Source: a virus (taxonomy: Duplodnaviria > Caudoviricetes). From it: DNA of 64,000 nucleotides. Under the pieces are notes generated by a model, which worked only from the letters and a program-made list of their open reading frames with translations, ran no database searches and was not told where the DNA came from. The translations under genes and the position numbers were made by a program. This document shows, in pieces, positions 19,593 to 30,372 of the stretch. Each line of letters opens with the position of its first letter. Position 1 is the stretch's first letter. The DNA is taken from positions 24,344 to 88,343 of the IMG/VR virus record IMGVR_UViG_2657245143_000002. One strand, given 5' to 3'.

Positions 19593-20729
19593 CTATTCTG
19601 CTGGCATCAGGTCCTCGACCTTGGCCCAGTCCTCAGCCGGCGTGGCTTCGGGGAGCTCGTCGGGGACGGTGGGCACGTCGCCCTTGCCGGGCAGTTCGCC
19701 ACGGTCGATCATCGCCTCGATCTCGCCCATGCCGAGGACGCGCAGGGTGCGCACCGGGGTGTCGCGGTCGGCTCCGGCCACGAGCACGTCGCGCATGAGC
19801 TGGGCCCTGCGGAAGCCCACGCGGTCGGCCACGCCTCCGGGCCACGGTCCCTTGATGACGCGGCCTCCCAAGTCGGCGTCCAGTGGTCGCCAGTCGCTTC
19901 TGCGGTAGGTCTTGGGGTTGGCGAGCCATCGTCCTGCGGCGAGGTCCTTTGGTTCGATGGCGGCCTCGCAGCGCACGAGCAGGTCGAGCGCGGAGACCTC
20001 GGATTCCACGGCGTCGCTGGGCAGGGTTCGCTCCAGCGCCCTGCGGTAGGAGTCCCCGTCGTTGATGGGCTCGGTGCGGGCGAGCCTGTAGGCGTCGGGG
20101 GAGCGCTTGATGCGTTCGATGTCCCCGGCGGGCTGGGGCAGTCCCATCGGCGGGCCGGGGATGACCCGGTTGGGTTCGATGTTGCCCCAGTCGCACAGGC
20201 GGACGAGCGCGGCCAGCGTCCTGTTGTCGAGCCGTCCCCACCGGCGTGCCAGTTCGATGGCGTCGAGCCTTGTGGAGGCCGACAGGCAGAACGTGAACGC
20301 ACCCGGCCCCTTGAGCTTGTCGGGGTCGTAGGTCTCGGGGTATGCGTCCGGGTCGCGTCCGGCGGGGTCGTAGATGTGGATGTGCTCGCGGGGCAGCTCC
20401 ACGATCTCGCGTCCGTGCTCGCGTGCGACGGCGGCGAGCAGGTTCACCGCCGCCTGACGTCTGAGCGCCTGAATCGGGATTGCCAAGTCGATGCGTGGTT
20501 CGCCGTCCGCGCCGGTCAGCCACCGGAGCTCGTCGCCGGGCTTGCTTGGCCGCACCCTCGGGTCGATGATGTTGCGCGAGCGCAGGGCGGGGCTCGCGGT
20601 CGCCAAGCCGATGCCCGGTCCGATCAGGTAGCCCCTGCCGTGGCACCTGTTCGCCCAGTCGGCCAGAATGTCGATGCCTTCGAGCCAGCCGTTCTCCCTG
20701 AGCAGGTTCGTTTCCTTGGTGTCGTTCAT
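19593..20729 (-). CDS. Hypothetical protein translationally coupled to the primase-helicase
   Basis: ATGA overlap with the primase stop; long ORF. Confidence 0.65.
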   Translation of the reverse strand: MNDTKETNLLRENGWLEGIDILADWANRCHGRGYLIGPGIGLATASPALRSRNIIDPRVRPSKPGDELRWLTGADGEPRIDLAIPIQALRRQAAVNLLAAVAREHGREIVELPREHIHIYDPAGRDPDAYPETYDPDKLKGPGAFTFCLSASTRLDAIELARRWGRLDNRTLAALVRLCDWGNIEPNRVIPGPPMGLPQPAGDIERIKRSPDAYRLARTEPINDGDSYRRALERTLPSDAVESEVSALDLLVRCEAAIEPKDLAAGRWLANPKTYRRSDWRPLDADLGGRVIKGPWPGGVADRVGFRRAQLMRDVLVAGADRDTPVRTLRVLGMGEIEAMIDRGELPGKGDVPTVPDELPEATPAEDWAKVEDLMPAE

Positions 20730-23700
20730 GCTCTTGCCTCGCTTTCGTTCGTGGTGAATATGTCGTCCTCCTCCGGGTCGTCGTATGGGGCCACGGTGGC
20801 GAAGCCGAGTTGCCCGGCGAAGTCGCGTTCGGCCCTAGCCAAGTCGTGGGAGTCATCGGTGGGCGGTGCCGTGTATCCGGTCGCGTTCCCGCGGCCCGCC
20901 TTCCACGGGTCGTCCGGCGTGACCACGGTCGTGGGTTTCTTGGCCGACGGGGCTCCGACGGGCTCCGGGTCCCAACCGGGTTCCGCGGGCGTCACGGCCT
21001 CCACCGGCTTCGGGGCCTCGACGGGCCTTTCCGTGTCCGGCTTCGCGTCCATCGGACTCGCGCCCTTGGGACCGTCGTCCGTCGGTTCGGGTTCGGGGCC
21101 GTTCCCCGGTTCGTCGCCGTCCTCACCGAACCACACCGCCTCGGGGATGCACAGCATGCGCAGCCTGCGTCCGGCGATGCGTATCTGGCGCACGGGGGAG
21201 TCCTTCTGGTCGTGCATGGTGTAGGGGGCCATCGCGTTCTTCACGTCACTCACAGTCTGTTCGAGCCTCAGCTCGCGTATGAGCGTGTCCGGCGCGAAGC
21301 AGTAGGCGTTGCCCTCGTCCGGGAACGCTTTGACGTAGCCGATGATCGGCTTGTTGCCGTCGTCCGCGCCGTTGACGGGCTGGCCCATCTCGTTGCCGAG
21401 CGTCACGCGCCCGGTCATCACGTAGGAGCGCAGCCTGTCCAGCAGGGAGCCGGTGTCGTTGGCGAGCGAGTCCGCCGCCTTCAGGTGGTTGGCGATGATG
21501 CCCGCCACCGCCGGCTCGCCATGTCCTTGGTCGAGCTTGGCGTGCCACGACTCCTTGGCCGCGTCGCTGAGCCACAGGCCGGTCTCGTCCATGAACTCTG
21601 TCCAGTATTGAAGTCCGGTCAGGATGCCCGCGACCACAAGGGATTCTCGCGTGCTCAGGCGCAGGCCACGCGAGCGCCCGGCCTTCCAAGCCGCCGAATC
21701 GTTGACGTATTCGGCCCACATGTTGCGACGGTCCGCTATCCTCGCGGAGAAATCGCCGCCGTCGGCCTTCTCGGACTCGATGCGCCGGGCCAGCCAGCGC
21801 AGGTACAGCGGTATGACCTGCTGCCACTCGCGGGCGCTGGTCATGCGCTGGATTCCGGTGAGCAGCTTGTTGCCGCCCTCGTCCAGCTCGTCGCACGGCA
21901 GGTACGCGGCCATGAACGACCCGATGACGTCACGCAGGCCCTCGTCAGCCCCGGTGGCCTCATTGAGCTGCTTGGCCGACGACAGGGATTGCGGCGTGTC
22001 CATCGGCACCTGATAGATGCGCGACAGGGCGCTCGCCGCGGCGTCGTCGGGGATGCGCTCGCCCACGATGAACGGCAACGGTTGACTGTCGTCACGGCGG
22101 CGCAGGCCCACGGAGCCGTTCTGCACCTGACCGCGCATGCGCTCGCCGGAACCGTGGGCGCGGCGCACGATGCTGTCGAATATCTCATTGAGCTTGACCC
22201 GCTCCACCCGGCTGGCCGGCATCTTCATGTCGTCCACGAACACGGGGAAGTTGTCGATGCCACGCATGGCGAGGTCGATGGCGTTCGACGTGCTGCTGAA
22301 TGCGAGCATCGATTGGTTGCGGGTCGGACCCCACGCGGAGCCGACCAGCGCGTTGTACGTCTGCATCAGGGTGGACTTGCCATTCGAGAAGCCGCCGAAA
22401 TACGCGACCACGCACGCGGGCGGGGTCGGCAGGAAGCTCAGCGCCAACGCGCCCAGCGAGGCGTCGGAACGCACCGGCTTGGCCCACACGCCCCTTAGAC
22501 CGAGGGTAAGCATGCTCGCGGCCCGGCGCACGTCGTCGTTGACCGCCAAAGGCTCCATGCGAATCTTGCGCATCTCGCCGCCCAGATCGGACTTCGTGAC
22601 GCACGCCGCATCACCTTGAACCCAACCGTCGGCGGTCATGGACCCCTGCGGCAGCGTGAAGCTCGCCCGCCCGCCGTCGGCCGGAATGTCCCAGCCGATA
22701 TGCGCCACCCGATAGGTCTCACGGCTCCCGGTCGAGGACTCCCACAGGGAATCCAGCACCAGCCTGACCGTCCTCGGGTCGCGCGGCACGCGGATGGACG
22801 TCGCCCGGTCGTCCGGCAGGCTCCTGACAAGCGAACCCAAGTCCTCGACCTGCTTGAGAGTGAGATTGCGCATCGGCACCACGGTCGGCCTGCCTCCCGG
22901 ATTGAAGATCGCCGCCTCCACGTCGAACAACGGCTCGCCCAACGGGGCGTCCGGGTCCTTCGGGTTCGCCTTCCAGCGGATAGCGTTCGTCACGCGGACG
23001 GTGCAGCCCATCAGCGCATTGTCCGGCAGCACGGTCGGGCGCTCGCCGGGCGCGAGGCCGTCACTGCCCTCGTCGTCGCGCAGCAACGCGAGGCCGAGGT
23101 CATAGCGCATCACCACCGGCAGGTTGTTCTCCAACGGGACGCACGCGGGCAGGTCGCCCGCGTCCTTCAGCATGTTGCGCATCAGGCGGTCGCGCTCGCC
23201 GTCGGTCAGCTTCCCCATCTCGCCGTCGATGTCGGCCTTCGTGCCGAGCCTGTTCTGCAAGGTGGCGAACAGCACGGTCGGCGTGCCGCCGTTGCCGCGC
23301 AGCACGGGGTAGAGCTCGCGCAGCGACGAGAGCAGCATCGAGGCGGAGCGGTTCACGTTCGGGTTGGAGCTCACGTCGGCGTCGAAGGCGACCACGAAGC
23401 GGGTGGCCTTCGAGTGGCGCAAGAGGTGGTGCAGGTCGTCGCCGGGGAAGCCTTCGGAGGACCAGTTCCAGCAGCCCAGCAGGCCCACGGCGGCGACGCC
23501 ATCGGGCAGGTGCCGGGATGCGGCCATAGTCTGCTTGGTACCCTCTACGAGCATGATGGTGCGGGCGTCGCGCCAGTCGGTCGGCTGGTCCTCCGGGGCG
23601 AACAGGATGCCGCCCTCGCCGCGCTGCTGCACGTATTTCATCGCCCGGCCCTTGGCGTCCTTGCGGGGACGGTCGGGGCGGGCCTGCCACACGACGCCGC

Positions 23701-23884
23701 CGGACACCCGGTGCAGGGCGAACACGAGCGCCGGGGTCGGGCAGTCGATGCGCGGGGGCAGGGAGTCGGGCCGGTCTGCGGTGTACAGGTCGCCTTCCGG
23801 GTAGTCGCGCGGGTCGATGGCGTGGTCCAGCAGGAACCGCCTGTGGACGTCCGCGAGTCTGTGAGTCGTTTGAGTGTCCGTCAT
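20726..23884 (-). CDS. TOPRIM primase (DUF3854-like) fused to P-loop helicase (DUF927-like)
   Basis: MLVEGTKQ..VVAFDADV TOPRIM motifs; GGFSNGKSTL Walker A; VFVDD Walker B; GGAGG RBS. Confidence 0.75.
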   Translation of the reverse strand: MTDTQTTHRLADVHRRFLLDHAIDPRDYPEGDLYTADRPDSLPPRIDCPTPALVFALHRVSGGVVWQARPDRPRKDAKGRAMKYVQQRGEGGILFAPEDQPTDWRDARTIMLVEGTKQTMAASRHLPDGVAAVGLLGCWNWSSEGFPGDDLHHLLRHSKATRFVVAFDADVSSNPNVNRSASMLLSSLRELYPVLRGNGGTPTVLFATLQNRLGTKADIDGEMGKLTDGERDRLMRNMLKDAGDLPACVPLENNLPVVMRYDLGLALLRDDEGSDGLAPGERPTVLPDNALMGCTVRVTNAIRWKANPKDPDAPLGEPLFDVEAAIFNPGGRPTVVPMRNLTLKQVEDLGSLVRSLPDDRATSIRVPRDPRTVRLVLDSLWESSTGSRETYRVAHIGWDIPADGGRASFTLPQGSMTADGWVQGDAACVTKSDLGGEMRKIRMEPLAVNDDVRRAASMLTLGLRGVWAKPVRSDASLGALALSFLPTPPACVVAYFGGFSNGKSTLMQTYNALVGSAWGPTRNQSMLAFSSTSNAIDLAMRGIDNFPVFVDDMKMPASRVERVKLNEIFDSIVRRAHGSGERMRGQVQNGSVGLRRRDDSQPLPFIVGERIPDDAAASALSRIYQVPMDTPQSLSSAKQLNEATGADEGLRDVIGSFMAAYLPCDELDEGGNKLLTGIQRMTSAREWQQVIPLYLRWLARRIESEKADGGDFSARIADRRNMWAEYVNDSAAWKAGRSRGLRLSTRESLVVAGILTGLQYWTEFMDETGLWLSDAAKESWHAKLDQGHGEPAVAGIIANHLKAADSLANDTGSLLDRLRSYVMTGRVTLGNEMGQPVNGADDGNKPIIGYVKAFPDEGNAYCFAPDTLIRELRLEQTVSDVKNAMAPYTMHDQKDSPVRQIRIAGRRLRMLCIPEAVWFGEDGDEPGNGPEPEPTDDGPKGASPMDAKPDTERPVEAPKPVEAVTPAEPGWDPEPVGAPSAKKPTTVVTPDDPWKAGRGNATGYTAPPTDDSHDLARAERDFAGQLGFATVAPYDDPEEDDIFTTNESEARA

Positions 23885-24005
23885 AATAAGCCCTCCAAAA
23901 TTCCAGTTGCCGTATGGCGCGGATTTCGCACGCACGGCTGTCCGGGAAAAACGAAAGGGCCGGCACCCCGTGAAGAGGTGCCGGCCCAAGACCGGTCGGT
24001 TCGTC

Positions 24006-24766
24006 TCAGAAGTCGAGCTCCACGTCATCGCCGCCCGCGATCAGGTCCTCGGCCCTGAGCTCCGTGGCCTCCGGCTTCGGGGCGGCACCGAAGATGCCGT
24101 CCTCCTCGTCGTCGGACTGCCTGCCGACCAGACCGCCGTTGGGCACGTTGGTGCCGGTGAAGGCCGCGAAGTCCTTGTCGGGGTCGGAGGAGCCGCCGAG
24201 GCGGTCGCCGTCGCGCAGCTTCAGCAGGCTGTTGAGGTACAGGCTCACGCCGACCTTGCCCTTCTTGTCCACCCACGCGCGGGCGCTGATGCGGGCGGAG
24301 CCGTAGATGCCGTCGTACCAGTTGTCGGGGTCGCGCTCGGAGTCCTTGGCGATGGTTTTGCTTTCGGTCAGCAGGTAGAGGCCGGGGGCGTAGCGGTCGC
24401 CGGAGGTGGCGGTCAGGACCCAGCTCGACAGATTCTCTTCGTGCTTGCTGTAGGGCTCGGTGTCGCCGTCCTTGATCGGGTCGGAGAAGTTGGCGGGGTT
24501 GAGCGGCAGGCTGATCTTGCCTTCGTCGCGGGCGGCGAGGAGGGCCTGCCTGACGATGTGCTCCAGCGCCTCGTGGGTCGCCTCGTCGCTCTTGGGATGA
24601 TGATTCGCGCGGAATAGCTCTTGTACTCGCTCTTCCTGCGGTCGTCGCCCACGCCGAACCACTGGTAGTCGGGCTCGGTCACCTGTAGGAAGTTCAGGCG
24701 GGCCTCGCCGGTGGTCGTCGCCGTGTCGCGCTTCTTGGTCTTGCTGTTCTTGGCTGGTGCAGCCAT
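24006..24766 (-). CDS. Phage-type ssDNA-binding protein (DUF2815/gp2.5-like), frameshift near 24594
   Basis: GEARLNF..YSARIIIP/KSD..PIKDGD..YDGIYG..GVSLYLN..DGDRLGG and acidic tail ending DDVELDF. Confidence 0.75.
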
Positions 24767-24868
24767 ATTCGCTCCTTTGTGTAGTGCGTTTTCGTTCCAT
24801 CGTGTTCCGATGGCTCCACCGACCGGACGGTCGTTGTGCCGCCGGCATGGTGCGGATTTTCGCCCCGT

Positions 24869-25030
24869 CTAGAAGAAGATCGCGCGGACGACCGCGACCG
24901 CCAGAATCACGACGGCGATGCCCGCCGCCCAAGAACCCCACTGCTCGCCGTTCTCCGCGAAGCTGCGCTCGTAGTGCTCCGGCTTTTCGGCCGCCCCGGT
25001 CCCGGCCTTGGTTTCGTTCTCGTCGCTCAT
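24869..25030 (-). CDS. Small membrane protein
   Basis: MSDENETK..WAAGIAVVILAVAVVRAIFF; start overlaps the upstream stop. Confidence 0.5.
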   Translation of the reverse strand: MSDENETKAGTGAAEKPEHYERSFAENGEQWGSWAAGIAVVILAVAVVRAIFF

Positions 25031-26118
25031 TGCTGTGCTGCTCCTTCCGTGGTCGCGCCTTCGGTATCGGTGCCCGTGTCTGTGCCGCCCGTGGCCCCGG
25101 TCGTTCCGTCGCCTGTGGTGTCTTCGTCCTTCTCGTCCCCGTTCCTCAGCGCGTCGGCCGCCGTCCCGGTGACGGCGTTGCGGTAAGCCCTCAATTCCGC
25201 GCCGGTTCCGACCGCGCCCCAAGCGACGACCTTCGCGGAGCCCGAGTCGGGGTCCTTCAGCAGCACGTCGTAGTCGAGCTGCACGGGCTGCGAGTCCTTT
25301 TTGGCGTTCCAAGGCCGTACCTCGACGCCGACCCTCGCCACGGCCCAGTTGGACGTGGACTCGTTCCGGTTGACATCGCCACGGTTCAGGTACGCGGCCT
25401 TCTGCACCGTGGCGGACTGCACCTCGCCTATGTCGGCGGCGCGGTAGGCGTGCTTGCCGTCGGGGTCGGCCACGAGCACGGTGAGCTGCTGCGAGGAGGA
25501 GCCCATGTACGCCTGCGCCCATTTCTCCACGACCACCCCGGCGGGGTCGGCGCTCTGGATGTTGGTCAACCCCAAGGTGCCGGACCAGTCGGGCGTCTCC
25601 GAGGGCTTGAGCTCCGGGGCCGGGTCCTTCTCCAGCATCGGCTCGGACACGGGGGAGCCGTCGGACCTGCGCACCGTGAGCGTCGCCCTCCACACGTCCC
25701 CGGCCTTGTCCGCGAGCGTGAAGGAGTGGACGACCAAGGGCACGTTCCTCTTCGAGGAGCCGTTGCCCGTCTGCGCCCTTTCGTTGGTCACGCCGTCCCA
25801 AGACAGGATGCGGCCCTCCTCCAGCGGGGAGCCGTCCCTCAGCCAGTTCTCCACGTACATCGTGGCCTGCGTCTTGCCGCTCGGCGCGAAGTCGGCCACC
25901 GGCGTCTCCGGGGTCTCCTGAGCGGGGAACACGAGGCCCGCCAAGCCCAGCATCGGGCCGACCAGCAGCAGGAGGACGACGAATATGCGCCACGGGTTCA
26001 CCCGTTTCCATGCGATCTGCGCCACGCGGCGGGTCTCGCTCAGCTCCTTGGCCTTGTCCGGCTTCCTCTCCCAGAACGGGTCGTTGCCTTGGCCGCGCCT
26101 TGATGTCCTCGATGCCAT
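25027..26118 (-). CDS. TcpC/VirB8-like conjugation membrane protein
   Basis: Single N-proximal TM followed by two putative extracellular domains; T4SS context. Confidence 0.55.
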   Translation of the reverse strand: MASRTSRRGQGNDPFWERKPDKAKELSETRRVAQIAWKRVNPWRIFVVLLLLVGPMLGLAGLVFPAQETPETPVADFAPSGKTQATMYVENWLRDGSPLEEGRILSWDGVTNERAQTGNGSSKRNVPLVVHSFTLADKAGDVWRATLTVRRSDGSPVSEPMLEKDPAPELKPSETPDWSGTLGLTNIQSADPAGVVVEKWAQAYMGSSSQQLTVLVADPDGKHAYRAADIGEVQSATVQKAAYLNRGDVNRNESTSNWAVARVGVEVRPWNAKKDSQPVQLDYDVLLKDPDSGSAKVVAWGAVGTGAELRAYRNAVTGTAADALRNGDEKDEDTTGDGTTGATGGTDTGTDTEGATTEGAAQQ

Positions 26119-26233
26119 GCCATCGCCTTCCTTGTGAACCACATCTGCGGTATGGGCTGTCCCCGCCGCGACTCCGGGCATGGGAAAGGCCACCGCCGAC
26201 GGATGCCGGACGGTGGCCTTGGGTCGCCGTGGG

Positions 26234-26575
26234 TTACTTGTTCAGCCCCTGAACCCACTCGAACAGGCTCTCGAACATGAAGATCAGGCCGTCGGCTATG
26301 AGGCCGACGTACTTCACGAGGCTGGGCGACACGAGGATGGTCGCCACCACGGTGGTCCAGATCAACTGCTTCGCGTCGATGTTGGCGAACATCTGGTTGT
26401 TCGGCAGGAACTTCTTCATCAGCAGGGCCAGCAGCACGAAGCCGAGGCCGAGAGCGCCGATGGCGAACATGATGCTCTTCACGATGGAGGGCAGCACGCT
26501 GTTGACGACGGATTCGAGGGCCGTCTGGACGTCGTTCCTCATGGACGCGGCGAGAACGATTTCTCCGTTGGACAT
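26234..26575 (-). CDS. Small two-TM protein, VirB2/TcpD-like
   Basis: 113 aa with two hydrophobic helices; T4SS context. Confidence 0.5.
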   Translation of the reverse strand: MSNGEIVLAASMRNDVQTALESVVNSVLPSIVKSIMFAIGALGLGFVLLALLMKKFLPNNQMFANIDAKQLIWTTVVATILVSPSLVKYVGLIADGLIFMFESLFEWVQGLNK

Positions 26576-26690
26576 GGTTTTCCTCTCCTTGCGCAAGGTT
26601 GGGACGCGGGGGCTTCGCGGCCTCCGCTCGCGCTTGGCTGTGCGGCGGGACAGACGGGATTGGAAAGCACGCATATATAAGGAGCCGGCC

Positions 26691-27053
26691 ATGTGGGACC
26701 TCACCTTCCTCAACGGACGCGCGATGGAGGACATGCGCGACGAGAAGATTTTCACGGTGTATGTGCGCTGGAACGTGCTCGTCACCGCGGCCGTCTGCTT
26801 CGTCGTCGCCGGGGTCGTCGCCGCGCCGCTCTTCATACTGAACGGCACCATCGCCCTCATGGCGTGGCTCGTGCTCGCCGCCGTGGGGACGCTGGTGTTC
26901 CAACGGTCGAGGACCGATTCGGCCAGAAGGGGCCGCAGCATGTGGAACGACCTCAACGACAAGCGCCGCCTGAAGCCCGGCAGCTTCTTCGTGCCCGGCT
27001 CACCGGAGCGCATCGACCCTACGGAGAGCTATTTCGTCGGGTTGGTCGGATAG
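26691..27053 (+). CDS. Small two-TM protein, VirB3/PrgI/TcpE-like
   Basis: MWDLTFL.., two TM helices, AAGGAG RBS, directly before the VirB6-like gene. Confidence 0.5.
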   Translation: MWDLTFLNGRAMEDMRDEKIFTVYVRWNVLVTAAVCFVVAGVVAAPLFILNGTIALMAWLVLAAVGTLVFQRSRTDSARRGRSMWNDLNDKRRLKPGSFFVPGSPERIDPTESYFVGLVG

Positions 27054-27120
27054 CCCGTGACCCCGCGCCTCCCCGGACAGACGAGGAAGAAACCTCTATA
27101 TATAAGGAAGGTGCGGTCAT

Positions 27121-30100
27121 ATGAATGGATTGGTTCTCGCCGCCAAGGGCTGCGACGGCGCGGGCGCGTGCCTGCCGCTGCTGCGGTGGGGCCCGGTGCT
27201 CGGCTCGATCAACTTCAGGTCGGACAAGGGCGGGCTGTTCTCCGGCATCACGAGCATGTTCGTCAACATGGGCAACAGCCTGTGGCTGTCCGCCGTCAAG
27301 CTCGTGCAGGGCGCGTCGGAGCTCGACCTGATAAAGGACATGGGCTGGCGCATCAACGACATCTTCGCCGGTCTGACCAAGGCCCTCACGTCCAACTACT
27401 ACCTCTTGGCGCTGTTCGCGCTGTTCATACTGGTGTCCGGCGCGGCCATGATTATGCGCCCCAACGGCTCGGCGGCGTCCGGCGCGAAGGTCCTGCTGAA
27501 GAAGCTCGTCGCCTTCGGCTTCGCCGTGGCGATGCTCGTGACGATGGGCAACGCGGCCGCAGCCTCCAGCGGCAAGGGCAGCACGCCCGCCGTCATGAGC
27601 CCCGCGTGGGTCGCCACGAGCATGCAGGACGTGGCCGACAAGGTGACCGAGGGCATGACCTCCGGCGCGAGCGACTGGGGCAAGTCCTCCTTCTACGACG
27701 CCGACGCGGGCAACCTCTCGTGCAGGCGCTACGTGGCGCAGCTCTACAAGGACGCCGACGCCAAGGGCGGCGTCGAGAAGGACGCCGTGGTCCGCGGCCT
27801 CTCCTCCTACTGGGAGGACAGTGCCATGTCGTTCTGGACTGCCACGCAGTTCGGTGACCAAGACGCCGGCGCGACGTTCGACAACCAGACGCAGGCGTTC
27901 TGCCGCGTCCTCGAATCGAGGCTCAACGTCAAGGCTCAGGACCAGATCGACGTGACCGCCAAGGCCAGCGGAAAGTTCAAGTCCGGCGACTTCGACCCGA
28001 ACGCGATAGCGTGGAACGGCCCCGAATACCTCGTGGCGAACAAGGAGAACAGCGCCACGCAGCCCAAGAAGGTTGACCGTCTGGCGACCATCTGGGAGAC
28101 CTGCGGCCTGAAGGACGACGGAACCGGCACGGCTCGCGGCGGCTGGGCCTTCACCAACGGCATCCCCGGCAAGGACAGGGGCGCGAAGGACGGCGGCGGC
28201 GGCAACATAGAACTGAGCTGCGAGGTCGCCCTCCGGGGCACCAAGGCACCCAACGGCGGCGACGCCGAGGGCGACATCGGCAAATACGTGCTCAACGCCG
28301 TGGACGGCGATGACGACAAGGACGGACGGGCCACCGACCAGACCAAGCGCCTCGTCACCAAGTTCGACCTGCCCGAGACCGAGGGCGAGGACGCTTACGG
28401 CTGGCAGCAGTACTACGACAAGAACGACGACGGGGAACGCGCCGCCGCCGTCACCATCAACGCCATGCACGGCGTCAACACCAACGTGAACTTCTGGGGC
28501 GCGGTCTGCATGACCCTCTCCTCGCTGGTGAACTTCGTCATCTTCGGCGGTGTCTACGCATTGGGCAAGGCGCTGCTTCAGGTGATGCTGCTCGTGTGCT
28601 GCCTCGCCTTGGCACCCGCGCTGCTCCTGTACGCGAGCGGCTGGGACAAGGGCTCGCAGGCGATGGCGTCCGCCGTCAAGTGGTGCGCCGGGACCGCGAT
28701 GGGTTCCGCGCTGCTCACCTACGGCCTGATGCTCGTCATGCAGATCAGCACCATCGTCACCAACGCGGTCGGCGGCACCGGCGCGGGCACCGTGCGCATG
28801 ATAATGATGGGCCTGTCCCCGATACTGACGCTCAGGCTGTTCAAGTTCATAGGCGAGAAGGTGCTGCACCTCGGCAACATCTCCGTGCGCGGCCTCATGG
28901 GCTCCATGATCGGCGGCTCCGCCATCATGGCCGGCCTCGGAAAGCTCACCGGCCTCGGCAAGGCGGCACCCGGCATGATCGGCGCGTCCGTCGCCGGAGC
29001 GGTCGGCGGCTACCAGCAGGGTGGCGCACTCGGCGCGTTGCGCGGCGCGGCGGCCGCCAACGGGCGGAACAACAGCCTGTACGACAAGTACTGGACCGGA
29101 CGCAACGCCGCGATGCACGGACGCTGGGCCGACGGCCAGAGCGGAAGGCCGGGCAACCCCGCCGCGGCGGCCGCGATGGGCGGGGACGGGGCCTCCTCCA
29201 CCGTCGTCCCACCGTCCATCGACGCCACGGAGACCAAGGAAGCCACCACCACGCCGACCGCCAACCCGGCGGGCGACGCCGCAGCCTCCACCGCCGCCGA
29301 AACGCCCACCCCGGAGGAGGCCGGCTTCAAGCCGCTGCCCGACGCGGAGCAGACCCTCTCCAAGATGGAGGCTTGGAAGCGCCACCGCGCGAACAACGTC
29401 TCCGACAAGGGCGTGGCGAAGACCCTCGCGGAGGTCCGCAAGGCCAACCGCAGGGCCGGCCGCGGCACACTGGCCGGCAACCGCTGGCGCGAGATTCAGG
29501 CCAGCGGGCTCAAAGGCCGCGCCGCCGTCGGGGAGATGGCGAAGCGCACCGCGCTGAGCGGCCTGACCCGCGCGGGCATGGCATTGACCTCCAAGCCCGC
29601 GAGGACCGCCGCCAAGGTCGGGTTCGTCGCCGCCACCGGCGGTGCCGGACTCGCGGTGCTGGCCGGAGCGGCCGCAGTGGGCAAGGCGCACCGCCTCGCC
29701 GCAGGCGGCAACATGACCTTCGCGGACCACCTGCGCAAGAACCTCGCCGTCTCCCACGCCAAACAGAACGCCGTCGGCTACGCCATGACCGCCGCCGACG
29801 ACGAGAACGGCGCGGTCGCCCGGCAGATGCTCAAGGCGCAGACCCGCGCCGCCAAACGGGTGGTCAAGGCCGAGACCAAGGCCAACAGCGCCGCGAGGAC
29901 GGCGGGCGAGACCTTCGTCGCCGCCACCGAGGGCCATGCGACCGCCGAGCAACTGGCCGGGGCACGCGCCGCCAAGACCGAGGCGAGGCAGGCCGTGAAG
30001 TCCGCGCAGGACAAGCTGGACGCCGCCAAGGCGAAGACCGTCGATCTGCGCACGCTGTCCGACCGTCAGGGCCTCAACGCCCATCAGGAACGGGACGCCC

Positions 30101-30261
30101 GGCGTGTGGACTTCCATGTCACGAAGCGCAGCGCCGACGGCATCAACCGCAACGACGTCGGCACGTTCGAGATCAACGGCAGGCGCTACACCGGCACGCG
30201 CGGTCAGGTGAGCGACTACCTCAACAAGATCGACGCGGCCAAGGGCAAGGCCGGCAGGTAA
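27121..30261 (+). CDS. Large polytopic VirB6/TrbL-like conjugation protein
   Basis: Multiple TM helices around a large loop, followed by a Gly/Ala-rich basic tail. Confidence 0.65.
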   Translation: MNGLVLAAKGCDGAGACLPLLRWGPVLGSINFRSDKGGLFSGITSMFVNMGNSLWLSAVKLVQGASELDLIKDMGWRINDIFAGLTKALTSNYYLLALFALFILVSGAAMIMRPNGSAASGAKVLLKKLVAFGFAVAMLVTMGNAAAASSGKGSTPAVMSPAWVATSMQDVADKVTEGMTSGASDWGKSSFYDADAGNLSCRRYVAQLYKDADAKGGVEKDAVVRGLSSYWEDSAMSFWTATQFGDQDAGATFDNQTQAFCRVLESRLNVKAQDQIDVTAKASGKFKSGDFDPNAIAWNGPEYLVANKENSATQPKKVDRLATIWETCGLKDDGTGTARGGWAFTNGIPGKDRGAKDGGGGNIELSCEVALRGTKAPNGGDAEGDIGKYVLNAVDGDDDKDGRATDQTKRLVTKFDLPETEGEDAYGWQQYYDKNDDGERAAAVTINAMHGVNTNVNFWGAVCMTLSSLVNFVIFGGVYALGKALLQVMLLVCCLALAPALLLYASGWDKGSQAMASAVKWCAGTAMGSALLTYGLMLVMQISTIVTNAVGGTGAGTVRMIMMGLSPILTLRLFKFIGEKVLHLGNISVRGLMGSMIGGSAIMAGLGKLTGLGKAAPGMIGASVAGAVGGYQQGGALGALRGAAAANGRNNSLYDKYWTGRNAAMHGRWADGQSGRPGNPAAAAAMGGDGASSTVVPPSIDATETKEATTTPTANPAGDAAASTAAETPTPEEAGFKPLPDAEQTLSKMEAWKRHRANNVSDKGVAKTLAEVRKANRRAGRGTLAGNRWREIQASGLKGRAAVGEMAKRTALSGLTRAGMALTSKPARTAAKVGFVAATGGAGLAVLAGAAAVGKAHRLAAGGNMTFADHLRKNLAVSHAKQNAVGYAMTAADDENGAVARQMLKAQTRAAKRVVKAETKANSAARTAGETFVAATEGHATAEQLAGARAAKTEARQAVKSAQDKLDAAKAKTVDLRTLSDRQGLNAHQERDARRVDFHVTKRSADGINRNDVGTFEINGRRYTGTRGQVSDYLNKIDAAKGKAGR

Positions 30262-30372
30262 GGACGGCCGAGCCGAACCAACCCGGAACCCCGGAAACCC
30301 AGCGTTTTCCGGGGTTTTCCCTTGCCCCGCGGCGCACAGCCCAGAACGGTACCCAAAGAAAGGAATCCGAAT

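Noticed and set aside
19593-20729. Possible degenerate DNA polymerase next to the primase
   Set aside because: No convincing polymerase or exonuclease motifs; left as hypothetical
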